DNA of 64,000 nt from the human T2T-CHM13v2.0 reference genome, Homo sapiens (GCF_009914755.1 NC_060930.1); one strand, 5' to 3'; counted from the stretch's first letter, positions 13,764 to 28,427 are shown. Translations and numbers: made by a program. The notes: generated from the letters alone by a model not told the origin.

Positions 13764-14948
13764 TGCAAAATACAAATTCCTCTGTAAGACTTTTAAATTA
13801 TCTTTTAAAAGTAAAAGTTAAAGTAATTATATAATAGGCATTGACTTTCACCCATTCTTTGGTTTGCATAATAGAAATCACAAAGTCTATCACTACTGAT
13901 CACAGTGTTGAGATCAGAGAGAACCTCATAGGATTATCCACTTATTTGGATAGGGTTGAAACGCAAGCAAATCCTGCAACACCTGACTTTCAAAGAAGAT
14001 TTGGCTTTTTTTAAATGGTAAGACACTTTCATAAGATGCAGCACATAACACATCAATATTCTGGAGAGGATAGTGCTGGGAATTTTTTACATTATATACC
14101 ACCATTACAATCGTGCAATATCTATTGCATTTCCTCCCAATTTGCTCCTGTGCTGTGGTGACTCTACATAGGGTGGAACCATCCTATGAATGGTTATTCA
14201 TAGGATAGAGCCTCGCAATTGAAGCATCTTTTATTCACAGCCATAGTGCATGAATGGGAAAGCAAATTTAAAGTTGTTTCCTGAAAGAGAGTTCTACATT
14301 TAAGTGAGGAAAGTGAGTACAAAATGTACCCCAGATTAGAGAGACGGAAAGTGGTTGTTAGTAGGAAACTGAGACAGAAGGGATGGAGATAGAGTTTCTC
14401 GAAGTATTGAAAAAACAGAGTGAACACTAGGAAGTTCAGATCAGGTATTCGAAATTGGTTAAAACAAGGTAACAGATTCAGTCGACAACTCATGAGTGTA
14501 TTCACGTGTGTTTCTAGGACCTGCCTACCTGGGCATGTTGGATCAATTTAAATGGATTGGAGCAAATGTGCAGTGATGGTGCCTAGAGGAATTAGTTAAG
14601 CTAGAATTTAGAGATATGGCAGAGGGTTAAAAAATGAATACATGAATGAGAAATCTGTAGATTTTGCTTGTATAATAACAAATGTAAATAGATTCATCGA
14701 CTTTTAATTTCTGTAAAGTAGAATTCAGATATTACATGAGAGTTCTGCGTCACCAAAGAAATGGTGGTTGCCCTTGTTCAGTCTGATGCAGAAAATTGGA
14801 AGCCCCCTCCTTTCAAGCCCTTATTATAACACACAACTACAATATTTTCAGTCTAGTAATTTAGTTTTGAAAAGTGATTTTTGAGAATATTCTTTTTTTT
14901 TTTTCCCCAGCATCTAAGACAGGTAAATCCTACATTTACCTTGTAGGA

Positions 14949-15012
14949 TTTTTTCTTTTTTCTTTCTTTCTTTTTTTTTTAAATTATACTTTAAGTTCTA
15001 GGGTACATGTGC
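14949..15012 (-). mobile_element. Ultra-short L1PA 3' terminus (~30 bp plus poly-A)
   Basis: T-rich tail then attatactttaagttctagggtacatgtgc, matching the L1PA end at 46588-46617. Confidence 0.85.
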
Positions 15013-16379
15013 TAAGAACATTGGTATCATCAGTTGCTTTTCTCCCATCCGTGAACACTGCCGATTTGCATCTACTGCAACTTAGGCTGCACCTGTGGCT
15101 CTAAGATGGTTGCCATAGACAGTGTGAGTTGGGGGGCCCAGGACCCATCCAATGCTCTTACACACCTTAAATTAATTTCCTGCCTTTTGTCTTAATCTCC
15201 ACTTTACCACCAGCTTCTCTTACTAAATTTGTAGTTGTTAAGGACTCTATTCGAAAGCCCATCCTTAACCTATGATAGCCTGGCAGCCCCTCAACTCTGT
15301 TTTGAACCTCTGTCATTCCAATGTCTTCTTTTAGTCTTCCAGAAAGTTCTCGAAACGTTCAAACTGCAGATCGCATCTTTATTTTCTTTCTTTAACACTA
15401 TTATTAATTTTGCATTTTTATATTTAAATATTGCTTGTCTTTTAAATAGCTTTTGGGTAGAAGGTGGTGCCAAATTGTGGACTTTACTGAATAATCTGAT
15501 ATGGTAATTATAAAATTTTACTGTATAAGATATTCTGTTCCTTGATGATTCAAAAGACTTTTCCTTTAAAGCCATCTGGTTGTGATGTTTATTTTGAAGG
15601 CAATTATTTGATAGTTTTGTTTTAATATTTAGCGTTCCAGTTGGGTTATTTCAATTTCCAATTCTCAAGACAATCTTAATAATTTCTATTTTTCTAAAAA
15701 ATGTGTCAGTTTTGGACATATTTATAGAGGAATTGACCTAGAGCTGTACATAGTATTCTCTTATAATTTTTAATCTTTTATTTGCAGGCATACTTGTTTT
15801 TCATTGATAATTAGGTATGTTTATATTTTCCCCTAAGTAGACTTGTAAGAAGTTTACATATTTTCCTAAAATATGAGAGCTGACAAGAAGAATATTTTTC
15901 ATTTTGTATCCACTCCACAGGTATTTATTTTTAACTTTTATTATGAAAAATTTAAATTTATGCAAAAGTAAAGAGATACTCTAATGAACCCCTTTACCTG
16001 TCACATAGTATCAATAGTTATTAAATCATGAAAATCTTAATTCATCTCTATCCTCTTCCATTTCCTCTCCACTGAATTCTGTTGGTGAAAATACAAGACA
16101 TTATGTCACTTTATACATAAATATTTCAGAACTTAACTCCAAAAGACAAGAGCTTTAAAAAATCACCATCTACTAACATTGTCACATCTGAAAAAAATTA
16201 ACTGTTAATATCATCAAATATCTAGTAAGAGTCCACATTTACTAAATAGATTTTTCTTGTTTGCATATGTTGATTTTGACCCCCTCTTTTTGTTTAAAAT
16301 TTTCTGATTGTATCCCCATGGGGTGATCATGTCTCTTTGCACCTTGTATTTCTCTTGTATTGGGAGTTAGAGCTCAAAG

Positions 16380-17096
16380 TTTATCAGTTATCAATCTACT
16401 GTCTCTTAGTTCAAAATTCACCTATTCCGACCTTGCTTGTGACCCTGGAACATTTTCCCCTCACAAGTCAACTCAGTGTAAAGCTCTATCAGTAAATGGT
16501 ACAATAGGGATCCTGGAGGAGGAAGGCATTTGCTTCCCAGTTCTGGTGTACTCTTTTGGCAGTCTTCCGTAACGCAAGGTGGCCAGCAGCACAGGGCACC
16601 TTCCTATGGACAGCTTCCCCAGCACACTTTTGGGCAGTTTTGCAGTAAGTTCCAGGGCGATGACACCTCTCCTTTGGCAGTTTCTTCAGCTACCCCAGAG
16701 TGTGATTTCCCAGTGAGTTCCTCTGGTGTGGAGTCTCCTCTTGGACAGTTTCCTCTATACCCTAGAGGGCAGATTCTCAACAAATCCCTCAGTATAGCAC
16801 CTCTACGAATTCATCATTCAATGTGACTTGACTATGCCTTCTTCAATGAGTTCTGGCTCTCATGACAGTTGGAAGTTCTCTTCCAGATTTGTATATTTCT
16901 TGGGTGTCCTGTCTCAGCCCTGAGGGCAGTGGCTGTTCCTATCTGTCACTCCTATGTTTTTTATATTTCACTTTACCACATATTATTCAATCCTTTATTA
17001 GACTAATCCTGTGGTATAGTTAATAATTTTTTATATTAAACTCTTCTCCAAATTACTGTCTGGTTTCTGTCTTATGATTGGCTCCAGCTTGAGGCA
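16380..17096 (+). mobile_element. ERVL-class solo LTR (LTR33/LTR41/LTR50-like)
   Basis: GC-richer island inside L1M; start tttatcagttatc...ctgtctcttagttcaaaattcacc and end taataattttttatattaaactc...ggtttctgtc...gattgg...gaggca resemble this LTR group. Confidence 0.6.
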
Positions 17097-18048
17097 AAAG
17101 ACTTGATAAGAGTCAAGTTCAGTTTTTGGTTTTGTTTGCTTGTTTGATTTTTGCAAGGCAACTTCATAGGTGTTTGCATATGCATCAGTAGATACATGAT
17201 ACACATACAATGAGTCTTCTGTCTGTCTGTAATATTAGGAGCCATCATTGATCATTGCCCATTTTGTCAATTTGTTAAGGTTTGCAAAATGGTGATATTC
17301 TAATTTTATAATTTATTTTTTATTTTCTACTGAGTAACTCACAAATGTCTATGAAATAGGAATATCCCTTCATCAACTACTTGGTTACTCTGAGAAATAG
17401 ATGATAAAGAAAAGATACAATAAATCTATAATTATTTTTGACTTTTCCCTTGATTAACTTTGAATCATAGTTGATTTCACATTAAAAATAATAACTTTGT
17501 GGTTCTGACTTGCTAGTAGAATTATTTATCTTTTTTCTCTCTTTTCTTTTGTATCATAAGGAACTCATGAATATAAACATATGAAATATGTTCAGTGTGT
17601 TACAGTTATCTTTATTAATGTTCCAGTTGCCTCAGCCTTGGATAGTTGGATCTTTCCAAGGTGGTTTCAGTGTTCTTACCTTTTAGTATGATGAAATATT
17701 CTATGTTTATCTTATATATTTCCTCCTTTAAATCTAGAATCCACAATTTCTCCAATAAATAGTGTTCTATTTAATAGGGAATGATTTAAAATCTCTAAAT
17801 CTATGTGCTTAAAATGCTTATTGGGAGTAGGTTATCCATGGCTTCTAGCAACTTTCTGTGCTCAGAACTAGAAAACGGGTATTTTTATGAGAAAACATAT
17901 CTTGGGTTTATACTGATAACTTAAAAATCAAATTTTCAAATTCAAGATTAAAGAGTTTTTATTTTTTTGGTGATATGTGACTTGATGATATATGATGATA
18001 TACTAAAATTTAGAACCCAAAATAATATTAGTAAGTGAATTCTATATT

Positions 18049-18350
<302 letters not shown>

Positions 18351-18753
18351 TGTGAATTCTTCTTTCTATAAACTCTCCCCATTCATTTCTACAAGAAAGC
18401 CTATTGGAACTGTTAGTACACTTGTGTTGAATCTATAGACTAATTTGTGAAGAATTGACATTTTAACAACATCGAATTTTTTGACTTATAAATGGGATAT
18501 GTCTCTCCATTTACGTAGTTTTTCCCCAATACTGCTCGTCAATGTTGTGTAGTTTTCAATGTAAATGTCTTGCACTTCTTTTGCCAGAGTTTTTCCTAAG
18601 TATTTTATATGTTTGATACCTTTGAAAATTACATTGTTTTATTTATTTCAATTTGTGGTTTGGTTCTTACATAAAAATACATTATATATAATGTGTTTTA
18701 TATACATTTAAAACATTAAAATACATTTATTTTAATAGTTTTATATAATGGAT

Positions 18754-18755
<2 letters not shown>

Positions 18756-18784
<29 letters not shown>
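18756..18784. repeat. (AC)n microsatellite, ~14 units
   Basis: Perfect acacac run. Confidence 0.97.
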
Positions 18785-18786
<2 letters not shown>

Positions 18787-19209
18787 CCTACAATGTGGCT
18801 AAACATTCTTAAAAGTTCTAGTAGATTTTGTTATAGATTGCGTCAGGTTTTCTGCATAGATGAGCATGTCTAGAACTATTTTATATAAAGATGTTGAGAA
18901 AAGATATCCTTGTCTTGTTCTTTTCTTAGGAGAAAAAAATCTTCATTTTCTCACAATTAGATATGATAGTAGTTCTAGGTTTTGTATAGATGCCCATTAT
19001 CAAGTTAAGGAAATTCCCTTCTATCCATAGTTTCCTGAGAGTTTGATCAGGAATGGATATTGGATTTTGTCAATTTTTTTTGTATAACTATTGAAATGCT
19101 TGTTTGGTTTTTCTTTCTGAATTTGTTAATATGGTATATTGCATTAATTGATTTTCAAATTGCTCACATAGTTGTGGGGAAAAGAAAATTATTGGAAATA
19201 AAATAAAAT

Positions 19210-19470
19210 AAAATAAAATATAATTTCAGGTAACAGTAAATGCTTTGTGGAAAAGTAAATTGATTTAAAAATAATGGAGAAAGCAAGCCAGAGGTTTGTC
19301 TGCATAAAGTCGTCAGGGAAGGCTTCTCTGAGGCAGTGATGTTTCAGCTTATACTAAATGAAGCATAGATCTGAAGACAGAACATTTCAGACACAGGAAA
19401 GATCTAGTATAAAAGTTGTGAGGTGAGGCCATGCCTGGCAAAAGTTCAGAGTGCCTGGAGTACAGAAACT
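19210..19470 (-). mobile_element. L2 fragment
   Basis: gtcagggaaggcttctctgaggcagtgatgttt...gaacatttcagacacaggaaag, typical of antisense L2. Confidence 0.65.
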
Positions 19471-20422
19471 AAATATAACTCGTATAACTCTTATGAGGTG
19501 GGCTCACATAAGCCCGGCCCTGAGATACAGATTATCTCATAACACACTGATCTTATTGAGTTTCTAAATGATTTAAGCAGATGACTAGACCTTAGTTAGT
19601 GATACTCAATTAAAATATTACCCCTAGAAAACCCTGTCCAAGAAGCCAGCCAAACATCTGTAAGCACATTCTTTCCTTGAGTCCATTTCAAAAACCCTGA
19701 CTTAACATCAACAATAATGTTTCGTGAGTTGTAAACTGTACATATAGACATGTAGCCGTGTTATAAAACATTAAGCCTGTTGTATCCTAGAAAGACTCTT
19801 GGAAAGAACTATTGGCTTTCTAATGCGAAGATAGCCTGGAGCCAAAATTAAATAAGAATATTTTCTTTATAGATTATAACTTGGCTCTGATTTCTTGTGA
19901 TAAGATGCCTGATCCTCAAAGTGAAAAATTATTGGACATCTTGAACTTACTATCACACCCTCCAAGAATTAGTGGTAATTCAAACCAAGTTGAAGTCTTT
20001 CAAATTCAGAGCAGGGTAAAAAAAATTAAAACAAAACAGTGTATTTAGATAAAATTGCATTTGGAAGAAAATTTGTCAATATTGTCCAACTTTTTTCTCT
20101 TGATACCACACACAAATTCCTTTTCTCAAATATGTCAGTGATTTTTCCTGGATGGTCTTTCTTAGAAAAAAATCACTATCAGGTTTCAAAAAAAAATAAT
20201 GCATCATAGTTCATCCATGAAAAAAATGTATTGTCAAAATTGGCAAACCTATTTTTCTTATCATTCATGAACTTTTTCCCTTGAAATATAATGATGAAGA
20301 GAATTAAAAACATGTACTCAATGGAAATCTCAATTTAATATTCCATATTAAGATTCCCTATATGAACAATCAAGGTCATTTTATGTATAAAGTTATATAT
20401 ATGTATAAAGTTAAATATAATT

Positions 20423-20737
20423 GGCCGGGCATGGTGGCTCACCACTGTAATCCCAGCAACTTGGGAGGCTGAGGCGGGTGGATCACGAGGTCCGGAGATC
20501 GAGACCATCCTGACTAACAAGGTGAAACCCTGTCTCTACAAAAAATACAAAAAATTAGCCAGGTGTGGTGGCAGGCACTTGTAGTCCCAGCTACTCAGGA
20601 GGCTGAGGCAGGAGAATGGCATGAACCCGGGCAGTGGAGCTTGCTGTGAGCCAAGATTGCGCCACTGCACTCTAGCCTGGGTGGCAGAGTGAGGCTCCAT
20701 CTCAAAAAATAATAATAATAAAAAATAAATAAATAAA
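20423..20737 (+). mobile_element. AluY
   Basis: ggatcacgaggtc...gagatcgagaccatcctgactaac...gagaatggcatgaacccggg...gagcttgc; 16-bp TSD aaagttaaatataatt at 20407-20422 and 20738-20753. Confidence 0.95.
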
Positions 20738-23700
20738 AAAGTTAAATATAATTATGCATCACTTTAATTAAGTATATTTAGGTAAATTTTGGAAAGTTTA
20801 ATTCCCAGATTAGCATTTAAAACACAGAGAAAACAAATTATATTAATTCTGCCAAGACAAGTATATTTTATCAGTCTATAAAGACCAAAGAGATTAAGAT
20901 GTGAATGGAAAGTAATTTAAGAACTTAAGAAGTGAATGAGAATTGTGATTACTTCACTTATAAAAATTAAAACAATCTTTTCATTGCCAAAAGGATAATA
21001 GGTAAAAAGTTATTTACAGTATTTTGAGTGTGCTATGGTGATATACATATAACTATATACTCTTATATATGTATATATTTTTCCTTTCTCCATGACCTCC
21101 TCTGGTCCCTGATTATGAATTGTAACATTCAACAACCTTTTTGAGGATGGAAAGACTTCAATGCTACTTTTTTCAAGTGCCCCGACTACAGGCATTTACA
21201 ATTTAATAAAGTGATTTATGAATTCCACCACTGTTTTGGCCAAATTAAGTCAGAATGGACACAGAATACCTTCATTTTTGTGTCTTGATAATTTAGCACT
21301 TGATCCTGGAACAGAAGCTAGTTTCGATAGACTTATTGAGGGAAACCTTAAAGATTGAAAATTCAATTGATCTGTGAGATAGTTCAGGATAATAAATGTC
21401 TTTACACATATGTGGGCTTGCTGATTTTTTACTCTGAATATTTTAATTATACATCAAAATTATATTTGTGTTTCTGAGACCTAGAAAAATTGCACAGGGC
21501 CAGCCCCATGCCTCCCTTCATTTTCAATTCCCTTCCTCCCTATTTGTACATCCAGAGGAACTGCTTGTTCCCATAAAATGAGTCAGACCAGATGGGAAGA
21601 GTAATTTGTTTTTAATGAATATGTGTCAATCCAAAAATGAAAGGGTTCTGTCATTCTGGACAGCATAGATTCTAGTAGGCTTAATGTTTTGGCAGGAAGG
21701 CATCTGCCCTCTGATACTTCTACTCGTAGTTTCTGACTTATTAAATTATTTCTTAAAAAATCGCTGTCCTTCAATCCATCATTAGAAACAAAGACTAAAA
21801 TCCAAATCTCCTTGGAGCAATTAACATACTAAGTTTACGTAATCAACATGACAAATAACCAAAATAACTCATGTTGATGGCTTCCTTCAGCTCGCCTTTT
21901 TTTAAAAGGCATTCAGAATGTAGTATACACAATCAGGATGCTAAACCAACATGAGGTGTTCCTCTTAGATATAACGTGCCTGCGATTTGCTCAAACCTGG
22001 CAAGGAAGGTAAAGGCAAGGAAAAGTGAATTTTTACGTCCTATATGCCCTAAAAATATATAGAGTCAGGCCATGAGATTTCATCCAAGGTCAATGTTGAT
22101 GAAGTTCCATGGAGAAAGCATTGCACAGGGTGCTGGAAAGCCTCTATTTCAGATCCAGTTCCTCCAGCCCCTTATCCTAATTCCCTAGAGAGTCACTTCA
22201 GCATTCTGTTTCTCACCTATAGAATGAGTCTCCATTCCAACCTTTGGATGTGCAAGCAGTGAAACAAGACAAGATTAAATTGCAGTTAGGATTTGGAACC
22301 ACACACAACTTGCTGCTCATTACACCTGTGAGACAATTTCAGTGAATTGTTTTACAGGTGGAACATACCATACAACTGCCCCATCTGCCAGTTTGGAAGC
22401 AGAGGAAGGTTGACAGCTATACTCTTCTTGCTTAGAAGAAAAAGAGAAAGTACCAAGAATTTTGTTTTATTTTCTTTTGTTTTGTTTCCCCAGTTGCCTT
22501 CTTGTTTTTCTCATATAAAATATATGTTTCTAATTGACTTTTTCTTTAATTTCATCTAAGCATGAACTGTAACCCATGCACAATTCTTCCCTTTTGTGTG
22601 ATAAATTAATGTGTGCCAGATAGATATAATAGGAGAAACTTTGGATGAAGTAATCATTTTTTTTTAAATACAATTATTTAGACATTTTAAATGCACAAGA
22701 GTGGTTGGAAGAATTTTCCCTTGGAAACATTCTGTAACACTGAGAGGTTGAAATTGGATTCATCTTGAAAAACTGAATCCAAACTTAGTCCTGTGTACAG
22801 GATATAAAAAAGTCCATCTGGCTACATTGGAAAAAATAAATAAACAAATAAACCTTAGTCTGGAAGAGAGTGAAGGAAAGGCTGGACTTTGGGCTCCACC
22901 ATACTTTCGAAAGACAAGGCCTTGACCTTTCAGGCCTTTGGCTTGCCAAGCAGTAACAATAAGGGAGAAAGCCAGACTTACTTAGACATGGTTCACTTGG
23001 AAGCAGCTTGACTTATTGTTTGTGTTAAAGAAAAGATGAGGGACGTTCTGAACTGCTTCAGCCTGGATAAATCTTTCAAAGTTTAATTATTTGTTATTGA
23101 TCTTAGATATATGAGGACTTTTAGTGATGGAGTTTAAAATACAGGGAAACCCCAGTTTGGGGAAAAAAATCAATAATTTTATATGGCTCAACCTTAAAAA
23201 AAACTACCTTTATTCAGAAAGCGGTTGGATCAATGTAATGATTAAAAGCATCAGAAAGAGTTATGAGAGTTGCCCAGACACCAATAGAACCCCTGACACT
23301 GGGTTGTATCTGGTATTTTTATCCAAGAAGGAGTCAAAGATGGTACACTAACTCTCCATTAGAATGGGCAATAGATCGCATGTCTTTGTTTCATGAGATC
23401 TAAAAGAATCTAACACAATCATCTAAAGTAAATATAAAATCAGTAACATTGGCATGCTCCACCACAATAAACAGAAAACAATCACCGATAAAGGAAAGAA
23501 TATGCCACCCTTTGAAGATATACAATTCCCTTTTTATGTCTAGAGCATGGCATAGGTATTTTGGACCCAGAAAGATTTTAAGAATCTAAGGATAATCAGA
23601 AAAGAGTCCTAATAACTCAGTTTATAATCTCTCAGCAGTTAAAGAGAAATGTAATATATAAAGTGGTTGACAATTTTCACAAGCAAAATTTATTTACCAT

Positions 23701-24889
23701 GATAAAGCCCAAATTTTGCATGTGGAGACCACATGAGGACAATATGCTTTAACCAAAGTACCACAGTCATAACCTGTAAAACCACTGGAAGCAGTGTTCC
23801 TGAGAAGGAAGAGTCTATGGAATTAGAAATGGGATTCAAAGGGCAAAGGGTATTACCAGGAACCAAGGGGCAAATAGATTCCCATCCTAGATGTTATGGA
23901 TGTTAATGGAATCTTGAGGGAGAATATCATGTGTCTTCAAGGCTCCTTTAGTTATGTATATCAGTTAGGGACAAAAATGCATTTTTGACTTGAATTATGA
24001 ATACTTGCATCTGGGGAAGTACCATGCTTTCAGCTAAGTATAAGAAACACAGGATCATCATTCATCACTCTCCTGAAGTTATAATCCAAATATGTATGCT
24101 TAGTCTTCTTTAGAGCACTTGAGCTTTATTCCACAATATAAAAATATTCTTGTCTCTTAAGTTATATAAAATAATGCTATCCTGGATCTCCATCTATTTC
24201 TTGCCTATTTCTTCTTCTTTCTTGCAAATGCAAGGAAAGCATTAGGCTCTGTCCTTGAACCAAGGCATTATAAACTTCTAGAGGGAAAATCATAAATTTG
24301 ATATTATAAATCTTAATTCAAGTTCCAGTTCTGTCACTTTTCATTTATGAAACTTTGGATAATTCAATTTTACAAGTCTTTCATGTGTAAGAACTATCTC
24401 ACAGGATTTCCACACAGGTTTTTACAGAGTACATTACAGCTTCAACCCCACCCATTGTCAAAGGCAGTTTACTCCGTCAAAGGTACATAGCGGGGATAGC
24501 CCTCCAGTTTAGGAGAGTGATCAGATTCAGCTCTGAGCTGTGTTTGTGAATTCACTGCTACCGTTATGGTGTCCCTGTTTTACCAGCCCTGTTATACTGA
24601 AAGTCTGCTTCTGTTGGTTGATTCAGCCATTGGATGTTACACCTGGCTCACAACAGCATGCCTGCTCCTGAACACTCTCTTAGACACTCTCTGCCACTCT
24701 CTATGACCCATAGACTGATACCACCCCATTCTATACCTAGTTCTCCTTGAACCTGGTGTGAGTCTAAGACCAGGGTTCCAAGTTGACTGAGAAGAGGCCA
24801 AATGGAAATATGATAAATTAAATTATAAACATAAAATTTCTTTGTAAACTTTAAAATACTGAAGTCATTTATTTATTTTAAATATATAT

Positions 24890-25290
24890 TGGGTCTTAAA
24901 ATATATATTGTTCAAATTACAGCATAAGCAGGAAATAATACATACTGCACTCTCATGAAGCATCTGGAACAGACAAAAGTGTACAGATTGAATGACAAAA
25001 TTTATCTGTATGTACTACAGTGCAATCACTTTGCAGCGAGTAATTTCAGCTTAGAAATAGGAAGAGCCACATAGAAAAAACTCTGGGGCTGAGCCTTGAA
25101 ATATGTGCAGATATTCATCAGAGAGAACGTGCAAGGATGGCAAAGGAAAAGTGTAATCAAAGCACAGAGACACCGTGTTGAGAGAACAGCAATAGGGGTC
25201 TGGAGTGTGATGCTCAAAAGCAATAATGCTGGAGGAGTAAGCCATAGCAAGTCATGAAGGGCCTTTTATGTCACTTAGGGATTTTCAGAA
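24890..25290 (-). mobile_element. L2 fragment
   Basis: ctgcactctcatgaagcatct...gagccttgaaatatgtgcagatattcatcag...catgaagggccttttatgtcac. Confidence 0.5.
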
Positions 25291-25649
25291 AAATTCATAC
25301 CCCATTGACTTACTTTTCTCAATGAAGCACGTTTACTGAGAGGGGAAAAAATTCCTTAGAGAAAATGGTGGATTCACAAATGGCTGCTGTATGAATGCAA
25401 AAGGATCCATAGTGGGGAATGCTGTAGAGGATGCTGAGGATCGCAGCACAAGCATGCATCAATTCAGTCTAGCCTGTTATGCATCTTTCCCCAGCGAGAT
25501 GAGCAGTCTTTCTCTGAATAAACAATATTCTTCTGGGAACTTAGGCCATTGCCATCATTTCAGTTATCATCTACCTGTAGATTTGTCTTCAGTGTCTTGA
25601 ATTGTACTTACTTTCGCTGTTAATATTTTTACTGACATTTTTCCCTCTT

Positions 25650-28427
25650 AAGTTTATTGGGGAATAATAGACTGCATCTATTTAAAGTGTATAATTCAAC
25701 AAGTTTATATGTATATGCTCAAGAAAGCAACACCAAAATTCTAATACAGGATATTTCCATCATCCTCAAAATATTCTATTTGCCCTTTAAATTCTTCCCC
25801 GCATTAATCCTTGCTCAATACAGCTGAACTGCTTCTTGTTGATATAAATTTATTTTCATTTTACATAAATAGAATTTTACAGATTGTGTTCTTTTGTAGA
25901 CACTGGCTTCCTTCACCCAGCATACTTGTTTTAAGATTCATCCGTGTTATTGGGTGTATCAGTACTTCATTCCTTTTTATCGCTGAATAGAATTCCATTA
26001 TATGGATATACGAAATTGTGTTTATACATTCATTTATTTATAGAGATTTGGGTTGTTTCCAATTTTGGGGTATAGTAAATAAAGATACTATGTACACTTA
26101 TGTATAGATTTTATGTGGACATATGTTTTCATTCCTCTTGGAAAAATACCTAAAAGGGAAATGGATAGATCAAATAGTATTTATATTGTTTAACTTTTTT
26201 AGGGAACAGACAGATTTACAACCAACCAGCACTATAAAAGAATTCTAATTGCCCCACATTCTTACTAGCACTAGTTTTGTCAGTCTTTTTAATTTTAGCC
26301 ATTCTACTTCATTTGGATTGTCTAATGATGTTCAATATTTTTTAAAATGTGCTTCGTGTATATTCATATATCTATTCCTTTAAGATGTCTGTTTGGATCT
26401 ATTGCCTATTTTTCATTTGACCACTTGTCTTAATTCTGAGTTGTAAAGTTTGCTTATACATTTTGGATATAAATCCTATATCAGATAGATGCATTTGCAA
26501 ATATTTTCTCTCATTCTATGACTTGCCTTATTGTTTATGTACTGGTGCCTATAGAAACAGTTTGAAATTTTGATAAAGATCAACTTAGCTTTTTGTTTTT
26601 TCTATGGTTAATCTTTTCTGTTCCTATGTTGTGTCAAAGGCTTTGAAGAGTTTAGAATTTTAATATTTCTTTTTTTTTTTTTTTTTTTTTTGAGACGGAG
26701 TCTCACCCTGTCACTCAGGCTGGAGTGTGGTGGCGTGATCTCCGCTCACTGCAACCTCCGCCCTGCAGGTTTAAGCAATTCTCTGTCTCAGCCTCCAGAA
26801 TAGCTGGGATTACCGGCGCGTGCCACCACATCCGGCTAATTTTTTGTATTTTTTAGTAGAGATGGGGTTTCACCATCTTGGCCAGACTGGTCTTGAACTC
26901 CTGACCTCGTGATACACCCACCTCGGCCTCCCAAAGTGCTGGGATTACAGGCGTGAGCCACCAAACCTGGCCACGAATTTTAATATTTCTTAGCTTTTAC
27001 GTTTAGATTTTTCAATTATTTCAAATTATGTATTGTGTTTGTTGTGTACTAAGGTTAGAGGTTCACTTTTTTTCTTTATGGATATCTAGTTATTCTAGCA
27101 ATTTCTTAAAGATTTTCTGCTTGCCACTGAAATGCCTGCACCCTTTTGCCAAAAATCAGTTAATCATATGTGTCTGCATGTCTTTCTAGATTCTCTTCTA
27201 TTCTGTTGATCTATATGTCTATTATTCTACCTATACCACATTCCACTGATTACTGAAGCTTCATAGGAAGACTTTATTTCAGGTGGTAGAATGATTCTAT
27301 AATGTTTTAAAATTGCTTGCTATTCCAGGTCATTTGCATTTCTATACAAATTTTAAAATTGTTTTATTACTTACTAGTATTTATAAAACTAGAATTTTAC
27401 ATAAAAAACTAATACTTTGATTGAAATTGTATTGATTCTTAAAATAAATTTGGTGACAAATTAAATTTCTAAACACATTGAGTTTTCTAACCTACAACAC
27501 GGCATAACCCTGCATTATTTGGGTCTGTAATTTTAGTCAGCAATGTTTTCAGTATTGTGGCCTTGCATGTCTTTTGTTAAGTTAGTTAAATTTATTCCTA
27601 AGTACTTTATGGCTCTAATATAAATGGAATTTTAGTAATTTCATTTCCAAATGTTTACTGCTATTATATAAAAAAGACAGCTGGCTTTTTAAATCTTAAA
27701 CTTATCTCCTACGGCCTCAATAAATTCAGTGTTACCACATCCTTTCTTATCAGTATGCCAGATGTTTCTTGACTTAATGCGAATGGCTACAATCGTTAAG
27801 AACAACATTTAATGTAGAGGTTATAATGTAGACGCTCTTGCCTTTTTCCCAAGCTTAGGAGGAAAATGTACAATAGTTTAGATTTACATATGTTACTAGC
27901 CATATTTTTTGGTAGAGGTCCATTTTTAGATTGAAAAACTTTGCTTCTATTCTCAGTTTTCTTAGCCGTTTATTATAAATGAATGTTAAATTGTGCCAAA
28001 TGCTTTTCTCTGCATCTATTGAGATGATCATATGGGTTTTCTCCTTTATTTTGTTAATACAGTGAATCATATGGATTGATTTTGAATGACAAACTAACCT
28101 TGCATTCCTGGAATAACTCTTGCTTGTCATGATGTATCAGTGTTTGTTTGAATATATGCCGGATTGAATCAGTTGAAGTTTGTTAAGGATTGTTCTATCT
28201 ATGTTCGAAGAAGTATATTGGTCTATAATTTTGTTTTCTTATACGTGTTTGTCTGATTTTGGTATCACAGTAATGTTGGCTTAAAAGAATGAGTTAGGAA
28301 GTGTTTCTATCTCCTCTATTTTCTGAAAGAGTTTTTTAATAGTAGTATTTTTTCCTTAAATATTTGGCAGAGTTTACCAATGAGGTCATCTCAGCCTGGA
28401 GTTTTATTTGTGAGAAGGTTTTGTGAA

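Noticed and set aside
18674-18699. 26-bp near-perfect palindrome aaaatacattata/tataatgtgtttt
   Set aside because: Centred on a TA run in very AT-rich, low-complexity sequence, where such palindromes are expected.
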